A DNA stretch of 64,000 nucleotides from Macrostomum lignano (taxonomy: Eukaryota): the NCBI GenBank assembly GCA_002269645.1, contig NIVC01001023.1, positions 62,001 through 126,000 on the forward strand, given 5' to 3'. This document shows, piece by piece, positions 45,157 through 56,880 of this stretch (the stretch's first letter is position 1; every line of letters begins with the position of its first letter). The notes under the pieces are model-generated. The model saw only the letters and a program-made list of their open reading frames with translations, searched no databases and had not been told where the DNA came from. The translations under genes were made by a program, and so were the position numbers.

Positions 45157-48100
45157 ATGGACCTCAGAGATGCACGAATTGTCATCAACGTCAGCGGCAC
45201 TCGATTTGAGACCACCTACTCGGTGCTCGAGCGGTTCCCCGGTAGCCGGCTGGCTCTGCTGGCTACACTTCGCGAGGATGACGAAGCCTTCGATCGCGAC
45301 CGGAGGGAGTACTACTTCGACAGGCACCCGGAGGTGTTCGCCGACATCCTGCACTTCTACCGGACTGAGGAGCTGCACATTCGTAGAAATCTGTGCGGCA
45401 ACGTCATCAAGAAGGTTTGGTTGAGAAGCATTATTCTCTGAAGCATAGTCCTTTGTTATACTGGATATCAAAGTCACATTAAAGCTATAAAGTCACTCAT
45501 TCAGTCACTTATTAAGTCACTCATTCAGCCACTCATTGAGTCACCCATTCAGTCACTCATTCAGTCACTCATTCAGCCACTCACTGAACTCAGTCACTCA
45601 TTCAGTCACTCATTCAGTCACTCATTCAGTCACTCATTCAGCCACTCACTCTCACTCATACAGTCACTCATTCAGTCACTCATTCAGTCACTCATTCAGT
45701 CACTCATTCAGTCATTCATTCAGTCACTCATTCAGTCACTCACTCATACAGTCACTCATTCAGCCACTCACTCATACAGTCACTCATTCAGCCACTCATT
45801 CATACAGTCACTCATTCAGTCACTCATTCAGTCACCCATTCAGTCACTCATTCAGCCACTCACTCATACAGTCACTCATTCAGCCACTCACTCATACATT
45901 CACTCATTCAGTCACTCATTCAGTCACCCATTCAGTCACTCATTCAGCCACTCACTCATACAGTCACTCATTCAGCCACTCACTCATACAGTCACTCATT
46001 CAGCCACTCATTCATACAGTCACTCATTCAGTCACTCATTCAGTCACCCATTCAGTCACTCATTCAGCCACTCACTCATACAGTCACTCATTCAGCCACT
46101 CACTCATACATTCACTCATTCAGTCACTCATTCAGTCACCCATTCAGTCACTCATTCAGCCACTCACTCATACAGTCACTCATTCAGCCACTCACTCATA
46201 CAGTCACTCATTCAGCCACTCACTCATACAGTCACTCATTCAGCCACTCACTCATACAGTCACTCATTCAGTCAATCATTCAGTCACTCATTCAATCACT
46301 CATTCAGTCACTCATTCAGTCATCCATTGACTCAGCATTCACTTAAAGTTCACCCCGCCGTCATCCGATCAATTTCTCAAAAAAAATTTTTTCGCATTTC
46401 CGCCTGGCAACAAACTAGAGTACGGCGGTTCAGCAAAGATACCAGCTACGTTTTAAGTCTGAAAATTTTCAATTCAAACAAAAGCCGTCGTAGCGAACGT
46501 TTCCTCAGAAGCTTAAAAGCATTTCTTACCTGCTCACGGCCACCAGCCGGAAGTGTAAATGCATTCTAAAAGTACATTTTTCTGCCTCCTACCAGCTGGG
46601 AGCTGACACACCTGTAAATAGCTGCCTCCTCTGCAGTCTTAGGCAAGCTCACCTTTTCTCAGCCTCGTATTTCTATTGCAACAACTGCAGCAAACTCAGA
46701 GCCTGATGCAGAATTTAGTAGTCCTTCATCAAATTCTACGCAATGTTTGCTCAGTACATTTAGTCCCAGACTTAGGGGCAAATTTTATCGGGCAAAACAC
46801 CTGCTTCAGTCTCAGCCAAGGGCGTGTACATTATTGTCAATAATTCTAAGCCAAATGAATTGCTGACAGAAAATGCTGAGAATAATGGAAACAAAATTGC
46901 ATTTTTCACATTTTTCCGTTGTTGTTTTGCTGCTGCTAAAAGCAGACGGGAAATCATTCCGTTACATCCCGTTGCTCTGGAAGAGATTGACGCGCCCTTA
47001 AGAGTCACAGATTCAAAAACACAGACTGTTCTGCTTACCCCAGCAAGCAGGTAGGCAATGCGAGGTGAGGTAAGGCCTGAGGTTGAGGTGGTTGAGCAGC
47101 ACAGGCCCCGAAACTCAGCTTGCATTCTGTGTTTGCTTTGGCGTGCCGTCTCTTTCATGCGATGTCAAGCAGAGCAGCGGTGATCAGATTTTTGAAGGTC
47201 TAAAAGTGAAGAGCAATCGATGTTTGTACGGGAATTAATAACTTATGAAGCCGTCCGGTTTGAAATGGACAGAGTCGTTATTTGGACAACTTGCTTTTCA
47301 CTTAAGAGTCTGGGAGAACGACTGACTTTCTAAATATAAGGTGTGGATACATAATACTCGTAGATAGTCATTTAGGTGTGGATACCTAATAGATGCTCAT
47401 ATCTAGCTGTGGTTACCTAATAGATTCTCATATCTAGGTGTGGATTCCTAATAGATACTCATATCTAGCTGTGGTTACCCAATAGATTCTCATATCTAGG
47501 TGTGGATTCCTAATAGATACTTAGACTTTGGATACTTAGGCTTTGGATACCTAATCACTTCTTAAATTTCGGCTCAAACACCCATGAAACTTGTCCAGGA
47601 GTTCGAATTCTGGGGCATGTTCGAGCAGGACATTGAGCCCTGCTGCTGGACGAGTTACAGCCAGGCAGCCGAGTGCAAGGACACTCTGGCGGCCATAGAC
47701 AGCACCTTTCTGACTGGCAACTGTGCCGTCATGGCCGACGTGTGGAAAAGCGAGACCAACCAATGGATCCGGTTCCGTAGGCGGATGTGGTCGATCCTGG
47801 AGGACCCGGCGGCGTCTCTCATAGCTAGGGTGAGCACTTTTTTGGACTCACTGGCCTCTTATTAGCAACGCCGGGAATCTGATCGTCGCAAAACTTTCAG
47901 ATCTACGTGTTCGTGTCCATGTTCGTGGTGGTCACCAGCATTGTGTGCTTCGTGTCGGAGACTTACGAAGCTTTCCGAGTGCCTCTGCCAGGCGCCAACC
48001 TGACTATCGGGCCAACCTGCACCACAGCCTGCGGTGTGTACGTGGACCCGCAGCTCGTGTCAGGCGCCAAGTACTACTCAGATGACGACACGGAGCCGCA

Positions 48101-51100
48101 TCCGGTCCTGCGCTACCTGGACTACTCAATGTTCGTGTTCTTCACTCTCGAACTGCTCATGCGTTTGTTCTTTGCGCCGGACTACAGGGCCTACTTCACC
48201 GACTTCCTCAACTGGATCGACATCGTCTGCGTTGTCACCCACGCAGTGTCGCTGTCCTTGAGCTCCATCGAGACGTTGCCGAATTACACGCCAACACTGG
48301 TGAAGACTGTGCTGACTCTGCGCGTGCTGCGAGGCCTTCGAGTTGTCCGCGTGCTGCGCATCTTCAAGCTGGTGAAGCACTACAACGCTTTTCGGATTCT
48401 GGTGTACACCATCAAGATTTCTCTGCGCGAGCTCATGCTCATGATTGTGTTCCTGTTCGTTGGAGCAGTCATTTTTGGCTCCATCATTCACCTGGTAGAG
48501 AAGGACAGTTTTAGAAACATTCCTTACGGACTGTGGTGGGCTCTGGTTACCATGACGACGGTGAGTGGGCAGGGAAACGGTTTAAGCAAGCACTACTATA
48601 GTTCTGTTATTGTGAATGCAAGCAATTGCACGGGTGTCTTGGAAATGCTCTTAAGCCATCGATACACAGTATGCAGCATGCACTCTTCTCGCGTATGCAG
48701 CAACTCTGCTCTAAAAAATGGCTCAATAAGAACTGTACTACACAGTCTTCATGGCTTTTGGGCTGCTGGCTTCCAAAAAAAGACATCTCAGAAGCAAATG
48801 GCAGCTGAGCATCTAAAAGCATTCACCTCATACGAGTACTTTATTGACGCAATTCGATTGATGACGGACTTCGTTTTAAAGTTCCTAAATGCAGCAATTC
48901 CATTGAGATCGCTGGACAGTTTATGTAGTGCCAGACCCTCCAGACCCTTGACAGTTTCCTAGGAATTTACTTTGTATACAATATCAAAAATACGTTTCTA
49001 ATAGGAGCAATTCATATTTAGTTACTTCACTCGCAGGTGTTACTCATACTGCCGTAATGTGCCCGCAATCATAAAGCTGAATCTCCAGGAACGCCATCAC
49101 TACACCATCCAAAGAGCTTCGAAAGTCATGGATCGAACTCAAGCTCAAACTCAAGCTCAAACTCAAACTCAAACTCAAACTCAAGCTCAAACTCAAACTC
49201 AAAATCAAGCTCAAACTCAAGCTCAAACTCAAGCTCAAAATCAAACTCAAACTCAAACTCAAACTCAAACTCAAACTCAAAATCAAACTCAAAATCAAAC
49301 TCAAACTCAAGCTCAAGCTCAAACTCAAAATCAAGCTCAAACTCAAGCTCAAACTCAAACTCAAACTCAAACTCAAGCTCAAACTCAAACTCAAAATCAA
49401 GCTCAAACTCAAGCTCAAACTCAAACTCAAACTCAAGCTCAAACTCAAACTCAAGCTCAAACTCTAGCTCAAACTCAAACTCAAGCTCAAGCTCAAACTC
49501 TAACTCAAGCTCAAACTCAAACTCAAGCTCAAACTCAAGCTCAAGCTCAAACTCAAGCTCAAACTCAAACTCAAACTCAAACTCAAGCTCAAACTCAAAC
49601 TCAAAATCAAGCTCAAACTCAAGCTCAAACTCAAACTCAAACTCAAGCTCAAACTCAAACTCAAGCTCAAACTCAAGCTCAAACTCAAACTCAAACTCAA
49701 GCTCAAGCTCAAACTCAAAATCAAGCTCAAACTCAAACTCAAGCTCAAACTCAAGCTCAAACTCAAACTCAAACTCAAGCTCAAGCTCAAACTCAAAATC
49801 AAGCTCAAACTCAAAATCAAGCTCAAACTCAAAATCAAACTCAAACTCAAAATCAAGCTCAAACTCAAAATCAAGCTCAAACTCAAAATCAAGCTCAAAC
49901 TCAAAATCAAGCTCAAACTCAAAATCAAGCTCAAACTCAAAATCAAGCTCAAACTCAAAATCAAGCTCAAACTCAAACTCAAACTCAAACTCAAGCTCAA
50001 GCTCAAACTCAAACTCAAAATCAAGCTCAAACTCAAGCTCAAACTCAAACTCAAGCTCAAACTCAAGCTCAAACTCAAACTCAAAATCAAGCTCAAACTC
50101 AAACTCAAACTCAAGCTCAAGCTCAAGCTCAAACTCAAACTCAAAATCAAGCTCAAACTCAAGCTCAAACTCAAACTCAAACTCAAGCTCAAACTCAAAC
50201 TCAAAATCAAGCTCAAACTCAAGCTCAAACTCAAACTCAAAATCAAGCTCAAACTCAAGCTCAAACTCAAACTCAAGCTCAAACTCAATCTCAAACTCAA
50301 GCTCAAACTCAAACTCAAACTCAAACTCAAACTCAAGCTCAAACTCAAGCTCAAACTCAATCTCAAACTCAAACTCAAACTCAAACTCAAGCTCAAGCTC
50401 AAACTCAAACTCAAACTCAAACTCAAACTCAAACTCAAGCTCAAACTCAAACTCAAACTCAAACTCAAGCTCAAGCTCAAGCTCAAACTCAAACTCAAAC
50501 TCAAGCTCAAACTCAAACTCAAGCTCAAACTCAAACTCAAACTCAAGCTCAATCTCAATCTCAAACTCAAGCTCAGCCTCAACCCCATCTGGCCAGGTTG
50601 GCTACGGCGACTTCGCTCCGCGCCAGGCCGCGGGCTACGCCATCGGCTGCGTCTGCGTGATCTTCGGCGTCCTGACCATCGCCTTCACCGTGCCAATCGT
50701 GGTGAACAACTTCGCCATGTACTATTCCCACGCGCAGTCGAGGAACAAGAAGCCCAGAGAGTACTGGCGCATCAAGCGGGTACCGAATAAAGTGGAAGCC
50801 GCATCCGGTGAGCAAAAGTCGCCAATTGATGCAACGCTGATCACAGCCAGGTCGACAGCGGAGGCGACAATCACTGTGCTGGACTATGAGCTGGACAAGG
50901 AAGCTGTTGAGGCCGCTAAGCGGGCACCACCGACAGAGGCCCAGCTGTATGGGCTGGACTTGGCCGACGCTGTTGGCGGCGGCGACGGCATCGGGTGGAA
51001 CAACTTCAACGATGACGGTGTCGGCTCGACTGACTTCAACAATGCGGACACGCCGACCAGCGGCAAGCAGCCGCCGGGTCCCGAGGCGGCGGCCGCGGCG

Positions 51101-52240
51101 CCGGCGGGCACCAGGAGGAGCGACAGTGAGATGATGAGCGCCGCCGAGGCCAAGAAAATCAAAGCGATTGAGAAGAGCGAGGTCAGTGCCTGCGATTTTA
51201 ATGTCCTTAGCCTTCATTGCGCCTACATTTTACGATAAAAAATTAAGCGCAGTATCGGGAGCACAGTTGCTCCTATGAGGGCTGACTTTCAAGGCAAAGA
51301 GAGTGTACATTTTTAACGATTAGAAAGTCAGGGCCGCTGTGTACACCCAGGGTGAGCGTGTGTACGAGTGCTTGCATGTGTAAAGTATTGGAGCACTTGT
51401 ATGTCTAAAAAGTGGAAGCGTATAATGGTTATTAGTCTGTCACTACGGTATTCTCTCTCTGCACAAGTCTGCAGCCGCTCCAAGCGATCCCATCAACCCA
51501 CAGTACTCGTAAAACCGATGCAGCTCGTGGTAAAAAGAGAGAAAAAACAGAAAATCAAAAACGGAGCTAGAGGAAAAAATCACAACAATAGAACAATGAA
51601 TTCGCTATACTTTTTCTAGTTCAATTCATGCTGCCACAAGCCAACGAAGTTGAGTACACGCAAGCCTGCATCAAATGCATTTCTGTTCAATTTCCTTTAT
51701 TAATATTTTTACAGATAGCTCGTACCATGAAAGAGGCGCAGCTTGATGATTAAACAAACTCACGGAAATCAAGTGATTGGGAGAATTTTTCAATTGGAGT
51801 TTGAAAATATATTAATCGCAATGCATGCGTGCGCACCCCCCAAAATCAATGGGCCTTGAGGTCACAGGCAAAGACTATGTAACATTTTAGTTTTGCCCTG
51901 ACTGCATGAGAAGTTCAGGGCTGTTGTACACCCTATATGAGCGCGTGCTTCATTGATAATAACGCAGAGCTGCAGTTTCTTTACACTATTTCGTGTAAGT
52001 ACATGACGATCATGCAACCTGAACCAACAAAACCAACTTCAGAATGAAGAGCGCAGTCGCCAGATGCTGGCCCAGGCGCAGGAGTCGGCGGAGCAGCTGG
52101 ACAAGGCTCGGGAAGCTCAGGCTGAGGCCATTGAGCGACGCAAGGCTGCACTGCGGCAAAGGCAGAGAGCCAACCTGGCCCGACTCAATACCGCTAGGAG
52201 GCCACCCTTGGATGATGACGAAGAAGACGCTGGCAACTAG
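45157..52240 (+). CDS. shaw: Voltage-gated potassium channel, Shaw/Kv3-like, 5 exons, about 643 aa
   Basis: Exons 45157-45414, 47599-47829, 47901-48560, 50597-51181 and 52043-52240 are all phase 0 (1932 nt). T1 domain ([17 protein letters not shown]) with the HX5CX20CC zinc motif spanning exons 1-2 and EPCCW. S4 [18 protein letters not shown]. Pore WWALVTMTT|VGYGD. S6 [10 protein letters not shown]. The last exon is the least certain. Confidence 0.88.
45490..46330. repeat. (CAGTCACTCATT)n 12-bp array in Kv intron 1
   Basis: 12/16-bp variants. Confidence 0.9.
47340..47520. repeat. 31-bp minisatellite (TGTGGATACCTAATAGATNCTCATATCTAGS)
   Basis: About 5 units near the end of Kv intron 1. Confidence 0.8.
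49135..50575. repeat. Hexamer array (AAACTC/AAGCTC/AAAATC)n in Kv intron 3
   Basis: About 240 units ending about 20 nt before the exon 4 acceptor. Confidence 0.95.
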
Positions 52241-52309
52241 CGAATCTGTTATAGGCCTGCTTAGCTGTTCAGTGAGGTGAGTTTGGAGCTGTAGTGGTAA
52301 CATTTCTGA

Positions 52310-52560
52310 GGCTACAGATGCAGGGAGACTGAGGCTGCAGATGCAGGGAGACTGAGGATGTAGATGCAGGGAGACTGAAGATGTAGATGCAGGGAGACTG
52401 AGGATGTAGATGCAGGGAGACTGAGGCTGTAGATGCAGGGAGACTGAGGATGTAGATGCAGGGAGACTGAGGATGTAGATGCAGGGAGACTGAGGATGTA
52501 GATGCAGGGAGACTGAGGATGTAGCTGGAGGGAGACTGAGGCGGTACATGTAGATGCAGG
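52310..52560. repeat. 23-bp minisatellite (GATGCAGGGAGACTGAGGATGTA)
   Basis: About 10 units just after the Kv stop codon. Confidence 0.88.
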
Positions 52561-52614
52561 GTTGTTTAACATTGTAATTGTAAGTACAAATACAGAAATA
52601 ACATCTTTTTACCG

Positions 52615-52790
52615 GCCTTTTCTCCCTTCTTCTCAATCCCTCTCCCTTCTTCTCAAGTTCTCTCCCTTCTTCTCAATATCTGTCCCTTCTTCTCAATATC
52701 TCTCCCTTCTTCTCAATCCCTCTCCCTTCTTCTCAATCTCTCTCCCTTCTTCTCAATCGCTTTCCCTTCTTCTCATTCTCTCTCTTCGTT
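52615..52790. repeat. 20-bp pyrimidine-rich minisatellite (TCTCCCTTCTTCTCAATNNC)
   Basis: About 8 units. Confidence 0.85.
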
Positions 52791-54354
52791 TACATCTCAT
52801 CCTGCTTCTCTGCCCCTCTGCTCTTTTTCAGCCCCTCGCTCCCTTATTCTTAACCTCTTTAAACACCAAACTAACATTTCTTAATAACAAATCCAATTTC
52901 AGCATAGAGCTGTCTATTACGACCTTCAGAAGAACCATGCATAACTGCACGAATCTGATATTAAAGTTTAGTCCACGAAGTTTTGAGTCGAGTGGCCTTA
53001 CGTTCTTGAACGATTTTAAACTGTCTTTATTACAATTCATTGATGTTAATTTTTAAAAACCACAACCCCGTTGCTGTACAATAATTATCTGGCTTAAATA
53101 AACAAAACACAATTTTGAGAAAATTGCTTAAGCAAAAGTTTTTGATGGCAAATTTAAAAAAATGTTTATTATTAGAACGAAAACTATTAATTCTGCAATA
53201 CACTTGTTGGAATCAGCAATAATTATAGTTATAATATAATTTCATAACTATTGTGAGTGAACAAATATATTAATTCGGGCTTAGTATTTTAAATTTGACA
53301 ATCGGATAACTTTCATGAAATTGAGGCCAAAACAGAACAGACCCAGTATTAATAATTCTGTTCAATTTTGTTACAATTGCCATATTCTCTACTGATAGTA
53401 GGCTGTCAGTGAGCACAACTTTAACACAACCCGAGATTGAACAAGCGATGAGAGGAAATCATGCCTTTCTCTACACATATTATGCTTTATAAACAATCTT
53501 TAGATCCTAAAAAATAAAACTATATTAGTGTACCTCACTGAATCGAAGAATACTGACAAAAAATTTACATCGAACAATCTGTAATACGAGCGTAGAATTA
53601 ATTTGCAGACAAAATAGATTCGAGTCAAATCATCATGACTAAGTATATAAGAATCGATTAGGCGCATTGTATGTCTGTCGGATATTACTATATGATGATC
53701 AATGGCAAGATTCTTCTGATAATTAGTTACTGAACGTACTTTTGTTATATTTTGTTATTTCGATTTTTTGTTTATTTATTTTGGAGAGGACACTTGCTTT
53801 GACTTTTCCTGTTATCCGCTGCTCCGGTGTTTTATAATGGCATTGATATTGGAGTTTGTACTTTTAGGGACATTAGAATAAGTAGACAAGCGTCTGCCAT
53901 GTACATTCTCTGGTGGGGAGAGGGGTAGAGGGTTATGGAGGGCTGACGTATGCACGCGTAGTCAGCGAGCGTGGGGGTGGGGTGGGGGTTGGGACATGGC
54001 TGGCCTGGAGGAGGAGGGTCAGAATGAGAGATTTTAATGTACATTTGTGCCCCTCCCCCGCTATCCGGACCCCAATTAGCTGATTAGTACTTGCACGAAA
54101 CAAAACGGTTTGACTGTCATAAAAAACAGATAATATTGTAATTTGTACACACGAATGTACATTGCTTTGACACAACACAACCTGCCTGCCCAAGTTACAC
54201 AGAGAAAAACAGCCTTGATTTTCATTTTTCATTTGAAACCATCTGACTTTCAGTTCGTTTTAATTCGAAATTCGAGAGCGAGCTTTTTCTGATCCCCGGA
54301 TTGACCAAATTTTTGGATTTGGAATCATGAAATTACAAATTTTTCTAATTTAGT

Positions 54355-56880
54355 TCAGACCAGAGTGTACATATCGATCGAACTTTCCGCATCCGGGTTC
54401 ACCACAGTCTGGTACAGTTGACTCGCTGACGCCACTTTTGTTGCCGTAGCCGGCGGCGGAGGAGGAGGAGGAGGCACAGGCGTTGCCATGGTGACAGTTG
54501 AGTCTCTAGCCACAGTGACCTCGGGCAGGTAATTATCGTAGAAGCAGATGGTGTCGAACCTGCCAGCCAGATCACCAGCTAAATTTGCAGTCTCGTGCTC
54601 GCTGCTGTGACAGCTGCTGTAGCACGGCAGCCGGTCGATATTGTCAGCAACTCCGATAATTTCATTGTTGACGCTAAACGTCACCCGTTTGATGGTGCCC
54701 GATGCTGTTAGGGAGTGCTGCGGTGGCGGCTGCGACAGCTGCTGCGGCGGCGGCGGCGGAGGCAGCGACGCTGGCAGCGGCGAAGGCTGCGCTACAGCCG
54801 AGTCAAACGACGGTCGTCGCTTCCAAACTTCGAAGGAACCGTGAGGACAGGTGCACTGCAACTGGGAGCGCTGCAGCTGCTGCTGCTGCTGCTGCTGCTG
54901 GAGCTTTCGAGAGTCTTGAACAACTGCCGGAGCTGCGGCTGCACCCTGCGAGGAGAATATTTGTATCTAAGCTATAAAATTAACAAGAGTATCGTGAATG
55001 AGATCTCTTTAGTGTCTTGAATGAGATCCCTTCAGTACCGTGAATATAAGAGTACTTTAGTGTCGTGAGTGAGATCCCTTCAGTGTTGTGAATGAGAGTC
55101 CTTCAGTGCCGTGAATGAGATACCTTCAGTGTCATGAATGAGATCCCTTCAGTACCGTGAATGATCGATCCTTTTAGTGTCGTGAATATAAGAGTACTTT
55201 AGTGTCGTAAGTGAGATCCCTTCAGTGCCGTGAATGAGAGTCCTTCAGTTCCGTGAATGAGATCCCTTCAGCGTCGTGAATGAGAGTACTTCAGTGTCGT
55301 GAATGAGAGTACTTCAGTGTCTTGAATGAGATCCTTCAGTGTCTTGAATGAGATCCCTTCAGTTCCGTGAATGAGAGTACTTTAACATCGTGAACGAGAT
55401 CTCTTCAGTGCCGTGAATAAGATACCTTCAGTGTGCAGTGCTACCCCCTCCATCGAGTCTCTCAGTATACAATATTTTAGCATTGTATTACCTGGGAATT
55501 GGCACGGATGTGACCGTCATCAGAACAGCAATTCAGCTGCTGCTGCTGCTGCACCCGCAGCTGGGCCGACGGTGACATGACCATCAACGAGTCGGGACGT
55601 TTCTGCGACGATGCCGGGAAGAACAGTCGCGGTGGAGGCGGCGGCGGTTGAGCCGGTCTCGACGTTTGCGTCTGCGGGGGCGGCGGCGGAGGCGGGGACG
55701 GCGTCAGTTGGTCTCCACCTGCGCAGGGCGTCGCCCCGTCGTCCTGGTCGCCCTCATCGCCGCTGCCGCTATGGTGGTAGTGCAACAGCGCTGTTGTGGT
55801 CACCAGTCGACAAGCCGGCGGTGTCGCAGCGGCAGCGGCAGCAGCAGCCGCCGCGGCAGCCGCGGCAGACGCAGCAGACGAATTGGAGGAACTAGCTTCG
55901 TAGTTGCCGGAGTCGGAGCTGCCGCACGCGGATGAATCGTCCCGCGTCGCGTTGGCCGAGAGCGCAGCGTCGAGATCCCAAGGGAAGCATCGGCGGTATC
56001 GATCAAAGCTGGGCACCCGCCGGTGGCATGTCGGGTCGATTTTTGCGACGAACAGGAACGGCAGATAGCCGCAGTTCTGCCGGCAGTTTGCTGCAAACAC
56101 CCAGCGCCGGTCTACGTGGTAGAGAATGCGCAGGTGCTCGCCAGCCCGAGCAGCCAGCTCGCGCGGTCCGCCCCCTGGGAAGTCGTAGAGAACTCGAGCT
56201 CGAATACCACGAGGTGGCGGTGGCAGCAGGCGAGCTCCGCTCTCCTCCCAGTGCCGCCGCCTCTGACGCCGGCGCTGCTGCCGCCCCGGTGAGCCGAAAG
56301 ACGCAGACGAAGATGACGACGTCGAGGATGTTGACGAGTCGTCATCGGTGCTGCTCGAAGCGGAGAACCGGCGCTGCCTCCTCGGGCAGCGGTCACCCGT
56401 GCCCTCATCGGCGCTAGTTGAGCTGCCGTCGCTGTCGTCGCAAATGAGTCGGCTGGCCGCTCCAGGGCCAGGTGGAAGCCGCTTCGAGTTGGCATCGGCG
56501 GTGGTGGAAGTGGTGATGGCAGCACCGGAGCTTCCGGCCGTGGGCGTTGCGAGCTCCATCAGCTCGAGATCCTCGCTGGAGGCCAGGCTGCCCGTGGCCG
56601 ACGCCGAAACTGAAAAGTTCAGCAGAGACGGCGGGTCGCTCGACTGTTGAAGCTTCGGCTGTTGCTGCTGCTGCGGCTGCTGCCGCCGCCTGCCTGAGCA
56701 GTCGAAGATCGGAGAATGCTGAGCATTGTTCATCGTAGCCGAGCGCACGTTCTCTTTTTGCTTCTTTTTCTTCTTCCGTTTTCTAGCTTCGTTATTAGAG
56801 GGGCTGTCCTGGTTGTTCAGTATCAGCGGCTGCCGCTGCTGCAGCTGCTGCTGTTGCCAGGGCAGTCTGAAATTCAACAT
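54355..56880 (-). CDS. SH3-domain protein with low-complexity and proline-rich regions and an RVxF motif, 2 exons, about 659 aa
   Basis: Exons 56880-55492 (donor CAG|GTAATA) and 54945-54355 (acceptor ctcctcgcag|), phase 0. In-frame stop upstream of the ATG. SH3 ARVLYDF...ELAARAGEHLRIL...RRWVFA...GYLP. KRVTF in exon 2. Confidence 0.78.
54990..55432. repeat. Minisatellite of about 23 bp (GTGAATGAGATCCCTTCAGTGTC) filling the SH3-gene intron
   Basis: About 19 units occupying most of the 546-nt intron. Confidence 0.9.

Noticed and set aside
49059-50660. 533-aa Gln-Thr/Gln-Ala repeat ORF
   Set aside because: It is a hexamer array inside Kv intron 3, and its end is out of frame with the real VGYGD exon.
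51468-51753. Alternative Kv last exons ([26 protein letters not shown])
   Set aside because: They are phase-compatible but short and in AT-rich context; 52043-52240 looks more coding. Not excluded without cDNA.
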